DNA of 64,000 nucleotides from Phormidium lacuna HE10JO (GCA_943370025.1 CALRPI020000022.1:226-64225); one strand, 5' to 3'; numbered from the stretch's first letter, positions 1 to 10,208 are shown. Translations and numbers: made by a program. The notes: generated from the letters alone by a model not told the origin.

Positions 1-98
1 AATGTTTCCAGTTCTAATGGATACTAAGAAGTTCCTAGAGGGGTTTGGATGTTGCAAGTATCGAAAGTTATTATGCTGAGGATAACCGTTACCAATGT

Positions 99-3000
99 TT
101 AAGCGCTGAAGTACTTCGCCGTCGGATGGTAGGTGATGATTGCCGTGGTGGATTGTTCGGGGTAGAGTTGTTCGCTTTCATCCATAGAGATATGCAGGCG
201 ATCGCTCCCCAGCAGTTCTAGTAATTTGTACTGATCTTGCATATTTGGGCAGGCGGGATAGCCAAAACTATAGCGAGAACCGGGGTAGCGTTGTGCCAAA
301 ATATCTCGGAGGTTATCAGGTTCCTGCTCCCCAAAGCCCAACTCTCGGCGAATCCGGGCATGGAGCCATTCGGCGATCGCCTCCGCCGTCTGCACCGCCA
401 ACCCGTGGAAGTAGAGATAATCGGTGTATTGATTGCTATCAAACAATTCCTTGGCAAACTGGGTGGCAATCTCCCCCACCGTCACCGCCTGCATCGGGAA
501 CACATCCATCACCCCTAAATCCTTGGGGGCAAAGAAGTCGGCAATGCAAAGACGGCGCAAAGATTTCTGGCGGGGAAACTCAAAGGTAGCAACTAATTGA
601 CTATGATCCTCTGGGTTGTAGAGATACAAAGAATTACCTTCAGCATTGCAAGGAAAATAGCCATAAACCGCTTGGGGATGGAGCAGATTTTCTTTGACAA
701 TTCGTTCTTTCCATTGATCGAGGATCGGATAAACCTTGGCTTGCAAAAATTCATCGTACTCTGACCTAGATTGCTCTTGGGGTTTGCGGAATTGCCACTG
801 CCCAGCCACTAGAGCTTGAAGGTCTAAATAGTTAAATAATTCCTCTAGAGGAATATCTGTAGGTTGCAGAACTTGAGTTCCCCAGAAGGGTGGCTTAGGG
901 CGAAGAACATCGATCGCAACAGCCTCCGATCGTCGGGTATCCACTTCTATTGCTGTAGCAGTTTCCTTAGCTTTACTGTTAGTTTCTTCGGCAACTTCCG
1001 GCACTAAAAGTTCCACCCCTTGGTCTCCGGGAAATCCTTGTAAATCATCCCATTCTCCAGCATTTTTAGCTGGCATAAGTTTATCCATAAAATGTAGATC
1101 GGCAAAGGCATCTTTGCCGTAGATCACCTTGCCTTTGTAGGTTTTTTGGCAATCATCATAGACAAATTTAGGAGTCAGGGCTGCCCCGCCTAAAATTACT
1201 GGCACGGTAATTCCTTTCTGATTAAATACCTCCAGATTTTCCTTCATGAAAGCTGTAGATTTCACCAACAATCCACTCATGGCAATACAATCTGCCCCGT
1301 GTTCAGTATAGGCATCAATAATATTATCTACCGGTTGTTTAATTCCTAAATTAATAACTTTATAGCCATTATTAGACAGAATAATATCCACCAGATTTTT
1401 GCCAATGTCATGGACATCGCCCTTGACGGTGGCAATAATAAATGTCCCCTTGGCATTATTTCCTGCCTCCTTTTTTTCCATAAAAGGTTCCAAGAAAGCC
1501 ACGGCAGATTTCATGGTTTCTGCCGATTGCAATACAAAAGGTAATTGCATCTGTCCCGAACCGAATAATTCCCCAACAACTTTCATCCCATCCAACAAGA
1601 AAGTATTCACAATCTGGAGAGGTGGATATTTTTCTAGGGCTTTTTTTAGCTGGTCTTCTAAACCAATTCTTTCCCCGTCAATAATGTGTTGCTTGAGCCT
1701 TTCTTCGACGGGCAAATTATCATTAACTTCTTGGGTATTCTTGGTGGTTTTACCCATGAATAGAGTGGTTAATTCTCCCAAGGGATCGTAGGTGCAAATA
1801 TCTCCTTGAAATTCCCGACGATCGTAGATCAGCTTTTGACAGATTTCTTGGTATTCCGGTTCGATTTTTGCTAGGGGCAGAATCTTACTGGCACTGACGA
1901 TCGCTCCATCCAAACCCACCTGCATTGCCTCATGGAGAAACATGGAGTTGAGAACTACACGAGCAGCGGGATTCAAGCCGAAGGAAATATTAGAAACCCC
2001 CAGCATAATATGACAATCCGGTAAGTTTTCCCGGATCATTTTGATGGATTCGATCGTCGCCTTGCCATTCTCCCGATCTTCCTCAATCCCGGTGGAGACA
2101 GGCAGGGCAAGGGTATCAAAGAAAATTTCTGTCGGGGGAATGCCAAACTCCACTGCCTGTCGGTAGGCACGCTGGGCGATCGCAAACTTGCGATCGGCAG
2201 TCCGTGCCATGCCCTCTTCATCGATCGTCCCAATCACCACCCCGGCTCCATACTTTTTGGCGAGGGACAACACTTTCAAGAATCTCGGCTCCCCATCTTC
2301 GTAGTTGGTGGAATTAAGAATACACTTACCCCCAGCCACCTTCAGACCCGCTTCCATTTTTTCCCACTCGGTGGAATCCAGCATCAGGGGCAGGGTAATG
2401 TTGGTGACAAGACGAGAAACCAACTCCCGCATATCTTTCTCGCCATCCCTGCCCACATAATCCACGTTCACATCCAGAATATGCGCCCCTTCCTTCACCT
2501 GTGCCTTTGCCAGTGCCACTAAACCATCCCAATCTTCAGCATTGAGTAAATCTCGACACTTCTTGGAACCACTGGCATTCAGCCGTTCCCCCACAATGAG
2601 GAAGGAATTATCTTGGGTGTAGGGTTGGGCAGAATAGATGGAAGCGGCGGCGGGTTCAAAGTGATAATCCCGTGGTTTGGGTTTCAGGATCGCTCCAATC
2701 GCTGCCAGTTCCTTGATATGTTCAGGACGAGTACCACAGCAGCCGCCGATAACTTGGACTCCCCAATCTTCCACAAAGCGTTGCAGAGCTATGCGTAATT
2801 CCATCGGCGTGAGTTTGTAATGGGCATGACCGCCAATATTCTCCGGCAGTCCCGCATTGGGAACACAGGAAACCACGAAGGGGGAATGCTCACAGAGATA
2901 TTTGATATGTTCCGCCATCCGATCGGGTCCGGTGGCGCAGTTCAAGCCGAGAATATCAATGGGGTAGCGCTCCAGAATCGTTAAAGCCGCCCCAATCTCG

Positions 3001-3620
3001 GAACCAATCAGCATGGTTCCTTGAATTTCCATCGTCACCGACACCATCAAAGGTTTGCGATCGCCCTTTTCCTGAAATACCTGTTCAATCCCATTCAGAG
3101 CCGCCTTAATCTGCAAGACATCCTGACAGGTTTCCACAATAAACAAATCTACCCCACCATCGTACAAACCCCGTGCCTGCTCTGCAAAGCCCGCTTCCAT
3201 GGTGTCGTAGTCGATGTGTCCCAAGGTGGGCAATTTCGTGCCTGGTCCGATCGATCCGGCGACAAATCTGGGCTTGGCGGGGTCAGTAAATTCTGCGGTA
3301 ACACTTTTTGCCAACTCTGCCGCAGTTTTATTCAGGTAATAGGACTGATCTGCCAAATCATACTCCGCCAAAACTAGGGGGGTACAGCCAAAGGTATCGG
3401 TCTCGATCACGTCTGCCCCCGCCAGCAAAAAGTCCCGGTGTACCTTCGCCACCGCCTCTGGCTTGGTATGCACCAAATATTCATTACAGCCCTCATACTC
3501 CGCTCCCCCAAAATCTTCTGCTGTCAAGTTTTGGCTCTGCAAGTTAGTTCCCATCGCTCCATCAAAAACAATCACGGGGCGATCGGGACTATGGAGATGG
3601 GAGAGGAAGGGACTCTTCAT
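99..3620 (-). CDS. metH: Cobalamin-dependent methionine synthase
   Basis: 1173-aa ORF. Homocysteine-binding, pterin-binding, B12-binding (GDVHDIGKN, the DxHxxG motif) and AdoMet-activation modules occur in canonical order. Confidence 0.95.
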   Translation of the reverse strand: MKSPFLSHLHSPDRPVIVFDGAMGTNLQSQNLTAEDFGGAEYEGCNEYLVHTKPEAVAKVHRDFLLAGADVIETDTFGCTPLVLAEYDLADQSYYLNKTAAELAKSVTAEFTDPAKPRFVAGSIGPGTKLPTLGHIDYDTMEAGFAEQARGLYDGGVDLFIVETCQDVLQIKAALNGIEQVFQEKGDRKPLMVSVTMEIQGTMLIGSEIGAALTILERYPIDILGLNCATGPDRMAEHIKYLCEHSPFVVSCVPNAGLPENIGGHAHYKLTPMELRIALQRFVEDWGVQVIGGCCGTRPEHIKELAAIGAILKPKPRDYHFEPAAASIYSAQPYTQDNSFLIVGERLNASGSKKCRDLLNAEDWDGLVALAKAQVKEGAHILDVNVDYVGRDGEKDMRELVSRLVTNITLPLMLDSTEWEKMEAGLKVAGGKCILNSTNYEDGEPRFLKVLSLAKKYGAGVVIGTIDEEGMARTADRKFAIAQRAYRQAVEFGIPPTEIFFDTLALPVSTGIEEDRENGKATIESIKMIRENLPDCHIMLGVSNISFGLNPAARVVLNSMFLHEAMQVGLDGAIVSASKILPLAKIEPEYQEICQKLIYDRREFQGDICTYDPLGELTTLFMGKTTKNTQEVNDNLPVEERLKQHIIDGERIGLEDQLKKALEKYPPLQIVNTFLLDGMKVVGELFGSGQMQLPFVLQSAETMKSAVAFLEPFMEKKEAGNNAKGTFIIATVKGDVHDIGKNLVDIILSNNGYKVINLGIKQPVDNIIDAYTEHGADCIAMSGLLVKSTAFMKENLEVFNQKGITVPVILGGAALTPKFVYDDCQKTYKGKVIYGKDAFADLHFMDKLMPAKNAGEWDDLQGFPGDQGVELLVPEVAEETNSKAKETATAIEVDTRRSEAVAIDVLRPKPPFWGTQVLQPTDIPLEELFNYLDLQALVAGQWQFRKPQEQSRSEYDEFLQAKVYPILDQWKERIVKENLLHPQAVYGYFPCNAEGNSLYLYNPEDHSQLVATFEFPRQKSLRRLCIADFFAPKDLGVMDVFPMQAVTVGEIATQFAKELFDSNQYTDYLYFHGLAVQTAEAIAEWLHARIRRELGFGEQEPDNLRDILAQRYPGSRYSFGYPACPNMQDQYKLLELLGSDRLHISMDESEQLYPEQSTTAIITYHPTAKYFSA

Positions 3621-3761
3621 AAGGCTTAAGATTTAAGTTCAATAATTCAATAGAACGGGCTGTAATACCTAGCTTACCTTAGTTCTAGATTGCTGACAAT
3701 GAAGTGACTTTTGCAAAGAGATCTGAAGTTTAGACTAAATTAAAAAAGATGGAAGCGATCT

Positions 3762-3833
3762 CAAAAGTCGGGAATCTAGCCCAAATCTCTTTGTCAACCC
3801 CAAAACCCCGCCAGATTACCGACTTTTCCTCTT
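3762..3833 (+). repeat. 72-bp MITE-like element, copy 1 (conserved arms AAAAGTCGGGAATCT and AGATTMCCGACTTTT)
   Basis: Terminal inverted repeat of about 15 bp. Conserved 25-nt left and 20-nt right ends, with a variable core. Same orientation as copies 2 and 3. Confidence 0.8.
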
Positions 3834-3834
3834 C

Positions 3835-4029
3835 ATGGCATCGATAGTTCCCTCTAGCCAAAACTCATCTGAAAGGGTGGAACAGGAAGCGATCGCCTTT
3901 CGGCTTACCTCTAGGGTGAAGTTACCAGATGCGATTATTGCGGCAACTGCTAGAGTATATAATTTAAGTTTGTTGACGCTCGATCGACAATTACATACCA
4001 AGTTTACGGCTTACATGACCGATGGGTAA
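3835..4029 (+). pseudogene. C-terminal remnant of a PIN-domain (VapC-like) toxin
   Basis: 64-aa ORF ending LPDAIIAATARVYNLSLLTLDRQL, typical of a PIN C-terminal half. No N-terminal half is present. The ORF begins right at the end of a 72-bp repeat copy (3762-3833). Confidence 0.5.
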
Positions 4030-4251
4030 TCTATGCCCCCTATCGATCGCTTTACAAATGCTCTACCCCTAAAATGAACTAGGATTGCAAGAAGATTTGA
4101 TAACTGCTAACTGATATAGCAATCCTAAATCATTTGCAAATCATTTTAGTACTTATGATCTAATGATGGCAATGACTCTATCTTTTATGCTTCAATGGTT
4201 TGAGACAAAAAACAAAGGTACTACTAATCTAGCAAATCAAATAGGATTGCT

Positions 4252-4282
4252 ATAACTGATAACTGATAACTGATAACTGATT
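4252..4282. repeat. Heptanucleotide tandem repeat (ATAACTG) x4
   Basis: ataactgataactgataactgataactg abuts and overlaps the stop codon of the STAND gene. It is the reverse complement of the CAGTTAT repeats at 55382-55416. Confidence 0.85.
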
Positions 4283-7200
4283 ACCTGCTAATACCGTCGC
4301 ACAAGTGCCTATCTTCTTCACTAACTTTTGGATTATTCTGCAAATAACCAGCTACCCAATCACAATTATCTCGTATTAAAAAATCTATATTAAATATAGA
4401 TTCCAAGTCTGGAAGATTCCACAGTTTGATGGTATTGTCAAAACTGCCAGTTGCCAAGGTTTTGCCGTCAGGGCTAAGACTCACACTAAAGACAAAGTCA
4501 GTATGTCCAGAGAGGGTGCGGAGTTCCTTTCTTGTCTCTACATTCCACAACTTGATAGTCCTGTCTCCACTACCAGTTGCCAAGGTTTTGCTATCAGGGC
4601 TAAAACTCACGCTATAGACAGCTCGAGTATGCCCGGAGAGGGTGTAGATTTCCTTTCCTTCTACATTCCACAGTTTGATTGTCTTATCCCAACTACCAGT
4701 TACCAAGGTTTTGCTGTCAGAGCTAAAACTCACACTTGAGATAGATTCACTATGCCCGGAGAGAGTCCGAATTTCCTTTCCTGTTTCCACATTCCACAGT
4801 TTGATGGACTTGTCTTTACTGCCAGTCGCCAACGTCTTGCCATCAGGGCTAAAGCTCACGCTCAAAACAGAGTTAGTATGCCCGGAGAGAGTCCGAATTT
4901 CCTTTCCTGTTTCTACATTCCACAGTTTTATAGACTTGTCTTCACTGCCGGTCGCCAAGGTCTTGCCGTCAGGGCTAAAACTTACACTTATGACAGACTC
5001 AGTATGACCGGGAAGGGTGCGGAGTTTTTTCCCCGTCTCTACATTCCACAGTTTGATGCTATTGTCTCCACTGCCGGTTGCTAAAGTCTTGCCGTCAGGG
5101 CTAAAACTCACGCTCCAGACCTGGTTAGTATGCCCGGAGAGGGTACAGATTTCTTTTCCTGTCTTTACATTCCACAGTTTGATGGTCTTATCATAACTGC
5201 CGGTTGCCAAGGTCTTGCCGTCAGGGCTAAAACTCACGCTCTCTACAGGGTCAGTATGCCCAAAGAGGGTGCGAAGTTTCTTTCTTGTCTCTATATTCCA
5301 CAGTTTGATGGTTTTGTCTTTACTGCCGGTCGCCAAGGTCTTGCCGTCAGGGCTAAAACTCACGCTCCAGACCTGGTTAGTATGCCCGGAGAGGGTACGG
5401 AGTTCCTTTCCTGTTTCTACATTCCACAGTTTTATAGTCTTATCGTAACTGCCGGTCGCCAAAGTCTTACCGTCAGGACTAAAACTAACGCTTGTGACAT
5501 AATTAGTATGCCCAGAGAGGGTGCGGATTTCCTTTCTTGTCTCTACATTCCACAGTTTGATGGTTTTGTCTTTACTGCTGGTCGCCAAGGTCTTGCCATC
5601 AGGGCTAAAACTTACACTCCAGACAGATTTAGTATGCCCGGAGAGGGTGCGGATTTCCTTTCCTGTCTCCACATTCCACAGTTTGATGGTTTTGTCATCA
5701 CTAGCAGAAGCAAAGGTCTTACCGTTGGGGCTAAAACTTACGCTATTGACATAGTCAGTATGCCCGGAGAGGGTGCGGATTTCCTTTCCTGTCTCTACAT
5801 TCCACAGTTTGATATTCCTGTCTCCACTGCCGGTCGCCAATATCTTGCTGTCAGGGCTAAAACTCACGCTCAAAACAGATTCAGTATGCCCGGAGAGGGT
5901 ACGAATTTCCTTTCCTGTCTCTATATTCCATAGTTTAATAGTCTTGTCTCTACTACTAGTCACTAATATCTTGCCATCAGGGCTAAAATTTACGCTATTG
6001 ACATAGTCAGTATGCCCAGAGAGGGTACGGATTTCCTTTCCTGTCTCTACATTCCACAGTTTGATATTCCTGTCTCCACTGCCGGTTACCAATATCTTGC
6101 TGTCAGGGCTAAAACTCACACTCAAAACAGAGCTAGTATGCCCTACTAATCGGTTGTATTCTATTCCTTGAAAACTAACTATCTGCAAGGCATTCAAAAC
6201 CTCTGGGTTATTGGTATGTTGGTTTTGTAAGATTTTTCCTGCCTTGATCGCTTGAATGAAAGCCTCTAATTCTTTATGTTCGTTGAATAGAGATAAGGAA
6301 TATCGCCCCAAGGATTCTGCTTGATTTAGTTCCGCCTGGTTCTTCTGACTCCACGCCATCAACCCCAACCCACTGCTAACCACCACCGCCACCAGAGAAC
6401 CCGCCGCAATTCTCCAAGCAGTTCTGATTTCCCGTTTCCTCCGGGCTGCCTCAGCTTGCCCAATACGTTCCTTCTCTTGAATACTCTCCTCAATAAACTC
6501 CAGTACATCCCTCAAATCCTCTGGGCGTTCCCGCAACTTTTCCTCCACCTCCACCAGCACTGCCCCCCGTAACAACGAACCCGCATCCTTACTTGTGGCT
6601 TCCCATTGCCCCTTCGCCGCCCGTAGCCGCTCCTGCCAAGCCCGAAACACCCTATCCTTATCCATCCAGCCCCGCAAAACTCCCCAATGGCGAATCAGCG
6701 CCTCATGGACTACCTCCACCGTTTCCTGATCCTGAAGATTCCGACTAGTCACCACCAACCGTGCATCCGCCAACTGCCTCACCAACCCCCAGCTTTCCTC
6801 CCCCAACTCCCCCTTCATGGCGATCCGCCGCGTATCCTCCGCCCCCTCCCCCGGACGCACCAACTGCACAAAAATCCGTCGAACTTGCTCCTGCTCCTCA
6901 GCGCTCAAATTGTTATATTTCTCATTCGCATACTTAGCCAACGCCCCCTCTACTCGACCAATATCTTCATAAGCCTTGTGAGTTAACTGCTTCCCAGTCC
7001 GTTGCTTCCACAACTCCGTCAAAGCAAACTCCAGCAAAGGCAAATTTCCCGGCTGATCCGCCACATCCCTCAGAATCCGCTCCACCAACCCCGCCTCAAA
7101 ACCCACCTCCAACTTAGCCGCTGGTGCTGCAATTACCTCAGTTAGTTCCTCTTGATTCATTGACCTAATCTTGATATCTACACTCCGCAACACATCCGCA

Positions 7201-7934
7201 AACCGAGGATAAGCAAGGGCATTCCCCAAGAAATCTGCCCGCATCGTTGTCACCAAAACCGTAGACGGTAGAGCTAGAGAAGTTTGAGTTTCTAAACCAT
7301 TTAATAAACAATCCAGAAACCTCCGGCGAGTTTCCTCATCCACAAGAGTATAAATTTCCTCAAATTGATCAGCAATCAACAACACCCGATGATTAGGATT
7401 ATTTCGCCGAATCTTCCCCAAAACATCCACCAGCGAAACATCCCCATTTTTTAGGTACGCCCTTAGCTTTTTCCCTTGGGCAATTTGATCCGTTTGATCT
7501 AAGCCGGGAGTATAAAGAGGTACTAGCGCTTGAGCAAGGTTATGGAAAGGGTCAGCTCCCGGACGAAAATGCGTAAACTGCCAATGCCCCTCCTGTTGTA
7601 ATCTCGGCACTAAACCAGCCAAAACCACTGAAGATTTCCCACTGCCAGAAGCCCCCAGCACCGGAATAAAATTCCGGGTTTTAGTCGCCTCATAAAGCTC
7701 ATCAATAAATACATCCCGCCCAAAGAAAAACTCCGCATCCTGAGGACCAAAATGCAACAAACCCCGATAAGGACAAGGGAGATTTTCCCTATCCTCAGCA
7801 TTCACCGGATCAGCAGGCTTTACCTCTTCCCGATAGTAATAGTTATAGATAGTAACAGTGGCATTGCCCGTAGCGGAGGTGGCTGCAATCTCCGCCCCTG
7901 TAATCTTCTGGTTGATCTCACTTTCCTCAGCCAT
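4281..7934 (-). CDS. NLR-like STAND P-loop NTPase with a short N-terminal prion-like motif, a central hydrophobic segment and 14 WD40 repeats
   Basis: 1217 aa. PYRGLLHFGPQDAEFFFGRD followed by Walker A GASGSGKSS, as in NACHT/nSTAND-type proteins. Hydrophobic stretch at residues 506-527. Fourteen 42-aa GHTxxVxSVSFSPDGKTLATGSxDKTIKLWN units. Confidence 0.9.
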   Translation of the reverse strand: MAEESEINQKITGAEIAATSATGNATVTIYNYYYREEVKPADPVNAEDRENLPCPYRGLLHFGPQDAEFFFGRDVFIDELYEATKTRNFIPVLGASGSGKSSVVLAGLVPRLQQEGHWQFTHFRPGADPFHNLAQALVPLYTPGLDQTDQIAQGKKLRAYLKNGDVSLVDVLGKIRRNNPNHRVLLIADQFEEIYTLVDEETRRRFLDCLLNGLETQTSLALPSTVLVTTMRADFLGNALAYPRFADVLRSVDIKIRSMNQEELTEVIAAPAAKLEVGFEAGLVERILRDVADQPGNLPLLEFALTELWKQRTGKQLTHKAYEDIGRVEGALAKYANEKYNNLSAEEQEQVRRIFVQLVRPGEGAEDTRRIAMKGELGEESWGLVRQLADARLVVTSRNLQDQETVEVVHEALIRHWGVLRGWMDKDRVFRAWQERLRAAKGQWEATSKDAGSLLRGAVLVEVEEKLRERPEDLRDVLEFIEESIQEKERIGQAEAARRKREIRTAWRIAAGSLVAVVVSSGLGLMAWSQKNQAELNQAESLGRYSLSLFNEHKELEAFIQAIKAGKILQNQHTNNPEVLNALQIVSFQGIEYNRLVGHTSSVLSVSFSPDSKILVTGSGDRNIKLWNVETGKEIRTLSGHTDYVNSVNFSPDGKILVTSSRDKTIKLWNIETGKEIRTLSGHTESVLSVSFSPDSKILATGSGDRNIKLWNVETGKEIRTLSGHTDYVNSVSFSPNGKTFASASDDKTIKLWNVETGKEIRTLSGHTKSVWSVSFSPDGKTLATSSKDKTIKLWNVETRKEIRTLSGHTNYVTSVSFSPDGKTLATGSYDKTIKLWNVETGKELRTLSGHTNQVWSVSFSPDGKTLATGSKDKTIKLWNIETRKKLRTLFGHTDPVESVSFSPDGKTLATGSYDKTIKLWNVKTGKEICTLSGHTNQVWSVSFSPDGKTLATGSGDNSIKLWNVETGKKLRTLPGHTESVISVSFSPDGKTLATGSEDKSIKLWNVETGKEIRTLSGHTNSVLSVSFSPDGKTLATGSKDKSIKLWNVETGKEIRTLSGHSESISSVSFSSDSKTLVTGSWDKTIKLWNVEGKEIYTLSGHTRAVYSVSFSPDSKTLATGSGDRTIKLWNVETRKELRTLSGHTDFVFSVSLSPDGKTLATGSFDNTIKLWNLPDLESIFNIDFLIRDNCDWVAGYLQNNPKVSEEDRHLCDGISR
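4383..6149 (-). repeat. Fourteen tandem 126-bp WD40-coding units with high nucleotide identity
   Basis: Strings such as ctacattccacagtttgat and ggctaaaactcacgct recur every 126 nt. The repeats are coding, not non-coding satellite. Confidence 0.9.
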
Positions 7935-8021
7935 GAAACCCCCTAATTAAACTAATCTGAGTCAATAAATCTCTTCCACAAATAAATTCCTATGGATACC
8001 AAACTCTTTATGACTATTCCC

Positions 8022-8130
8022 AGTCCGCGCAGGCGGACTTTGTTCTCCTAGCTGCGATTTTAATCGCCGGGTTTCTAGTTAGAGGCGGTTGAAACCGCGT
8101 CTACAAGAGCGAAGTCCGCCTGCGCGGACT
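8022..8130. repeat. Multi-hairpin palindromic element bounded by AGTCCGCGCAGGCGGACT and AGTCCGCCTGCGCGGACT
   Basis: Two terminal hairpins that are reverse complements of each other, plus internal palindromes gcgattttaatcgc and gcggttgaaaccgc. Lies in the Bell/STAND intergenic region. Confidence 0.75.
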
Positions 8131-8148
8131 AAAAGTAGAAATTTATTG

Positions 8149-8577
8149 TCAAGTCTCTTTAGATGTGTCATGCTCAGTGATGCCGCTGATACTAGCATTC
8201 CCTGAACCAGAGGTAGCAGCATATTTAACATTACTAATATTTTGGTTAATGATCTGCTGACCACCGGGCTGAGCTTTGAGCTTATCGAGTAAATCTTGAG
8301 CTAATCGAATAACTTCACTATCTCGATCGATCGCCGCCTCAGCCAATTTCTTTTTCAGAGGAGCCTCGTAGGTTTCTGGATCCGTTGCGTGTTCTTCCAA
8401 CACCATCTCCGCCTTGGGTTCCCCAGCAAACCTTTTCTTGATCAAACCTTTCAAACCCTGATAGGCATCCTTAACCGCAGTCCCCGCAGTTTCCTTCGTA
8501 GCTGCGATCGCCCCCGCCGCCAAAGCCGCAATAACCAGAGAAATAGGATCCATAAATTTATCCTCAATAATTTCCAT
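8149..8577 (-). CDS. Bell-like small helical protein with a hydrophobic N-terminal helix and a C-terminal amyloid-type signalling motif
   Basis: 142 aa. N-terminus (M)DPISLVIAALAAGAIAAT, then about 90 helical residues. The C-terminus IINQNISNVKYAATSGSGNASISGI matches the N-terminus of the adjacent STAND protein. The start may be Met9 (nt 8553). Confidence 0.65.
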   Translation of the reverse strand: MEIIEDKFMDPISLVIAALAAGAIAATKETAGTAVKDAYQGLKGLIKKRFAGEPKAEMVLEEHATDPETYEAPLKKKLAEAAIDRDSEVIRLAQDLLDKLKAQPGGQQIINQNISNVKYAATSGSGNASISGITEHDTSKET

Positions 8578-8607
8578 AATTTTAACTTGCTAATTACAAG
8601 AGGATAT

Positions 8608-8680
8608 CAAAAGTCGGGAATCTAACCCAAATCGCCCCCCAGCAACAAAGTCTCAAAAAGATTCCCGACTTTTCCTCTAC
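8608..8680 (+). repeat. 72-bp MITE-like element, copy 2
   Basis: aaaagtcgggaatctaacccaaatc...agattcccgacttttcctct. Lies 30 nt upstream of the Bell-like gene start. Confidence 0.8.
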
Positions 8681-8807
8681 ATCATCATCTCTCCCTCAAA
8701 AATCACAAAATAGTAAAACCCCATCAGTTACATCAAAGCGATCGCCCATCACCATAACTTGGTTGCTATAATCAACACCAGATAACTACTAGGAGTTTCA
8801 GGGAATT

Positions 8808-10208
8808 ATGACTAGCGATCGAGCAAAACGGATTATAGATATTCTCCAGCAGGGACAGCCAGAAGAGCAGGCGATCGTTCAGGGTTGGGTACGCACCAAG
8901 CGGGAATCCAAGGGCTTTAGTTTTATGGAACTCAACGATGGTTCCTTCATGGCGAACCTGCAAGTGGTGATCAATGCCGATCTGCCAGACTATGATGTGG
9001 TGATCAAGAAAATTAATACCGGAGCCTCGGTGGAAGTGGCTGGCACCTTAGTTGCTTCCCAAGGCAAAGGACAAAGAATCGAACTCCGGGCTGAGAGTCT
9101 CACTGTATTTGGCGAGGCAGACCCAGAAACCTATCCCCTCCAGAAAAAGCGCCATTCCTTTGAGTTCTTGCGATCGATCGGGCATCTCCGAGCTAGAACT
9201 AATACTCTTTCTGCTGTATTCCGGGTGCGAAATGCCTGCGCTGCGGCAATTCATCAGTTTTTCCAAGAACAGGGCTTCCTGTGGATCCATGCCCCGATTA
9301 TTACTGCCAACGATTGCGAAGGGGCAGGGGAATTATTCACTGTAACTAGTTTGGATTTGCAGAAATTGCCGAAAACCGAGGATCAAAAAGTAGACTTCTC
9401 TCAGGATTTTTTTGGTAAAAAGGCTTACCTGACCGTCAGTGGCCAGCTACAGGCAGAAGTAATGGCGCTAGCTTTCCGAGATGTTTACACCTTTGGTCCC
9501 ACGTTCCGGGCAGAAAATTCTAATACTTCTCGCCATTTAGCCGAATTTTGGATGGTGGAGCCGGAGATGGCTTTTTGCAACTTGCAAGGGAATATGGATC
9601 TGGCTGAGGCATTTTTGAAGTATGTATTTAAGTACGTGCTGGAGCATTGTCAAGCTGATATGGAATTTTTCCAAGAACGGATTGATAAAACCGTCTTAGC
9701 CACCGCCGAAAATATTATTAATAATCAGTTTGAAAGGTTGACCTATACGGAAGCGATCGCTATCTTACAAAAAGCAGATAAAACCTTTGAATTTCCCGTC
9801 AACTGGGGCTTAGACTTGCAATCAGAACACGAGCGCTATCTTGCCGAAGAAGTTTTCAAAAAACCCGTAATCCTCACCAATTATCCCGTAGAAATTAAAG
9901 CCTTTTATATGCGCCTAGATGAGGATGAAAAAACCGTAGCAGCGATGGATGTCTTAGCACCCAATATTGGGGAAATTATTGGTGGTTCCCAACGGGAAGA
10001 AAGATTGGATGTATTGGAGAGAAGAATTATTCAGCAGGGGATGGATCCGGCAGACCTGTGGTGGTATCTGGATCTGCGCCGCTATGGCACAGTTCCCCAC
10101 GCGGGCTTCGGCTTAGGGTTTGAGCGGTTGGTACAATTTATGACTGGGATGGGCAATATTCGTGATGTGATTCCCTTCCCAAGGTTTCCAGAGAATGCCG
10201 ATTTTTGA
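8808..10208 (+). CDS. asnS: Asparagine--tRNA ligase
   Basis: 466 aa. N-terminal OB fold ([23 protein letters not shown]) and class IIb catalytic core ([30 protein letters not shown]). Confidence 0.92.
   Translation: MTSDRAKRIIDILQQGQPEEQAIVQGWVRTKRESKGFSFMELNDGSFMANLQVVINADLPDYDVVIKKINTGASVEVAGTLVASQGKGQRIELRAESLTVFGEADPETYPLQKKRHSFEFLRSIGHLRARTNTLSAVFRVRNACAAAIHQFFQEQGFLWIHAPIITANDCEGAGELFTVTSLDLQKLPKTEDQKVDFSQDFFGKKAYLTVSGQLQAEVMALAFRDVYTFGPTFRAENSNTSRHLAEFWMVEPEMAFCNLQGNMDLAEAFLKYVFKYVLEHCQADMEFFQERIDKTVLATAENIINNQFERLTYTEAIAILQKADKTFEFPVNWGLDLQSEHERYLAEEVFKKPVILTNYPVEIKAFYMRLDEDEKTVAAMDVLAPNIGEIIGGSQREERLDVLERRIIQQGMDPADLWWYLDLRRYGTVPHAGFGLGFERLVQFMTGMGNIRDVIPFPRFPENADF

Noticed and set aside
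3621-3761. Cobalamin riboswitch upstream of metH.
   Set aside because: I found no B12-box-like sequence (GCCACTG or its complement) and no obvious multi-stem structure. The leader is short and AT-rich.
4426-6006. Series of plus-strand ORFs (63-267 aa, for example 5130-5933) opposite the WD40 array.
   Set aside because: They are antisense and frame-shifted echoes of the 126-bp coding repeat. Their sequences are periodic and low-complexity, and the minus-strand frame encodes perfect WD40 units.
8079-8264. 61-aa ORF ending RRGFNRL that overlaps the 3' end of the Bell-like gene.
   Set aside because: It reads through the palindromic repeat element. It is a typical spurious translation of that repeat family and conflicts with the better-supported Bell-like frame.
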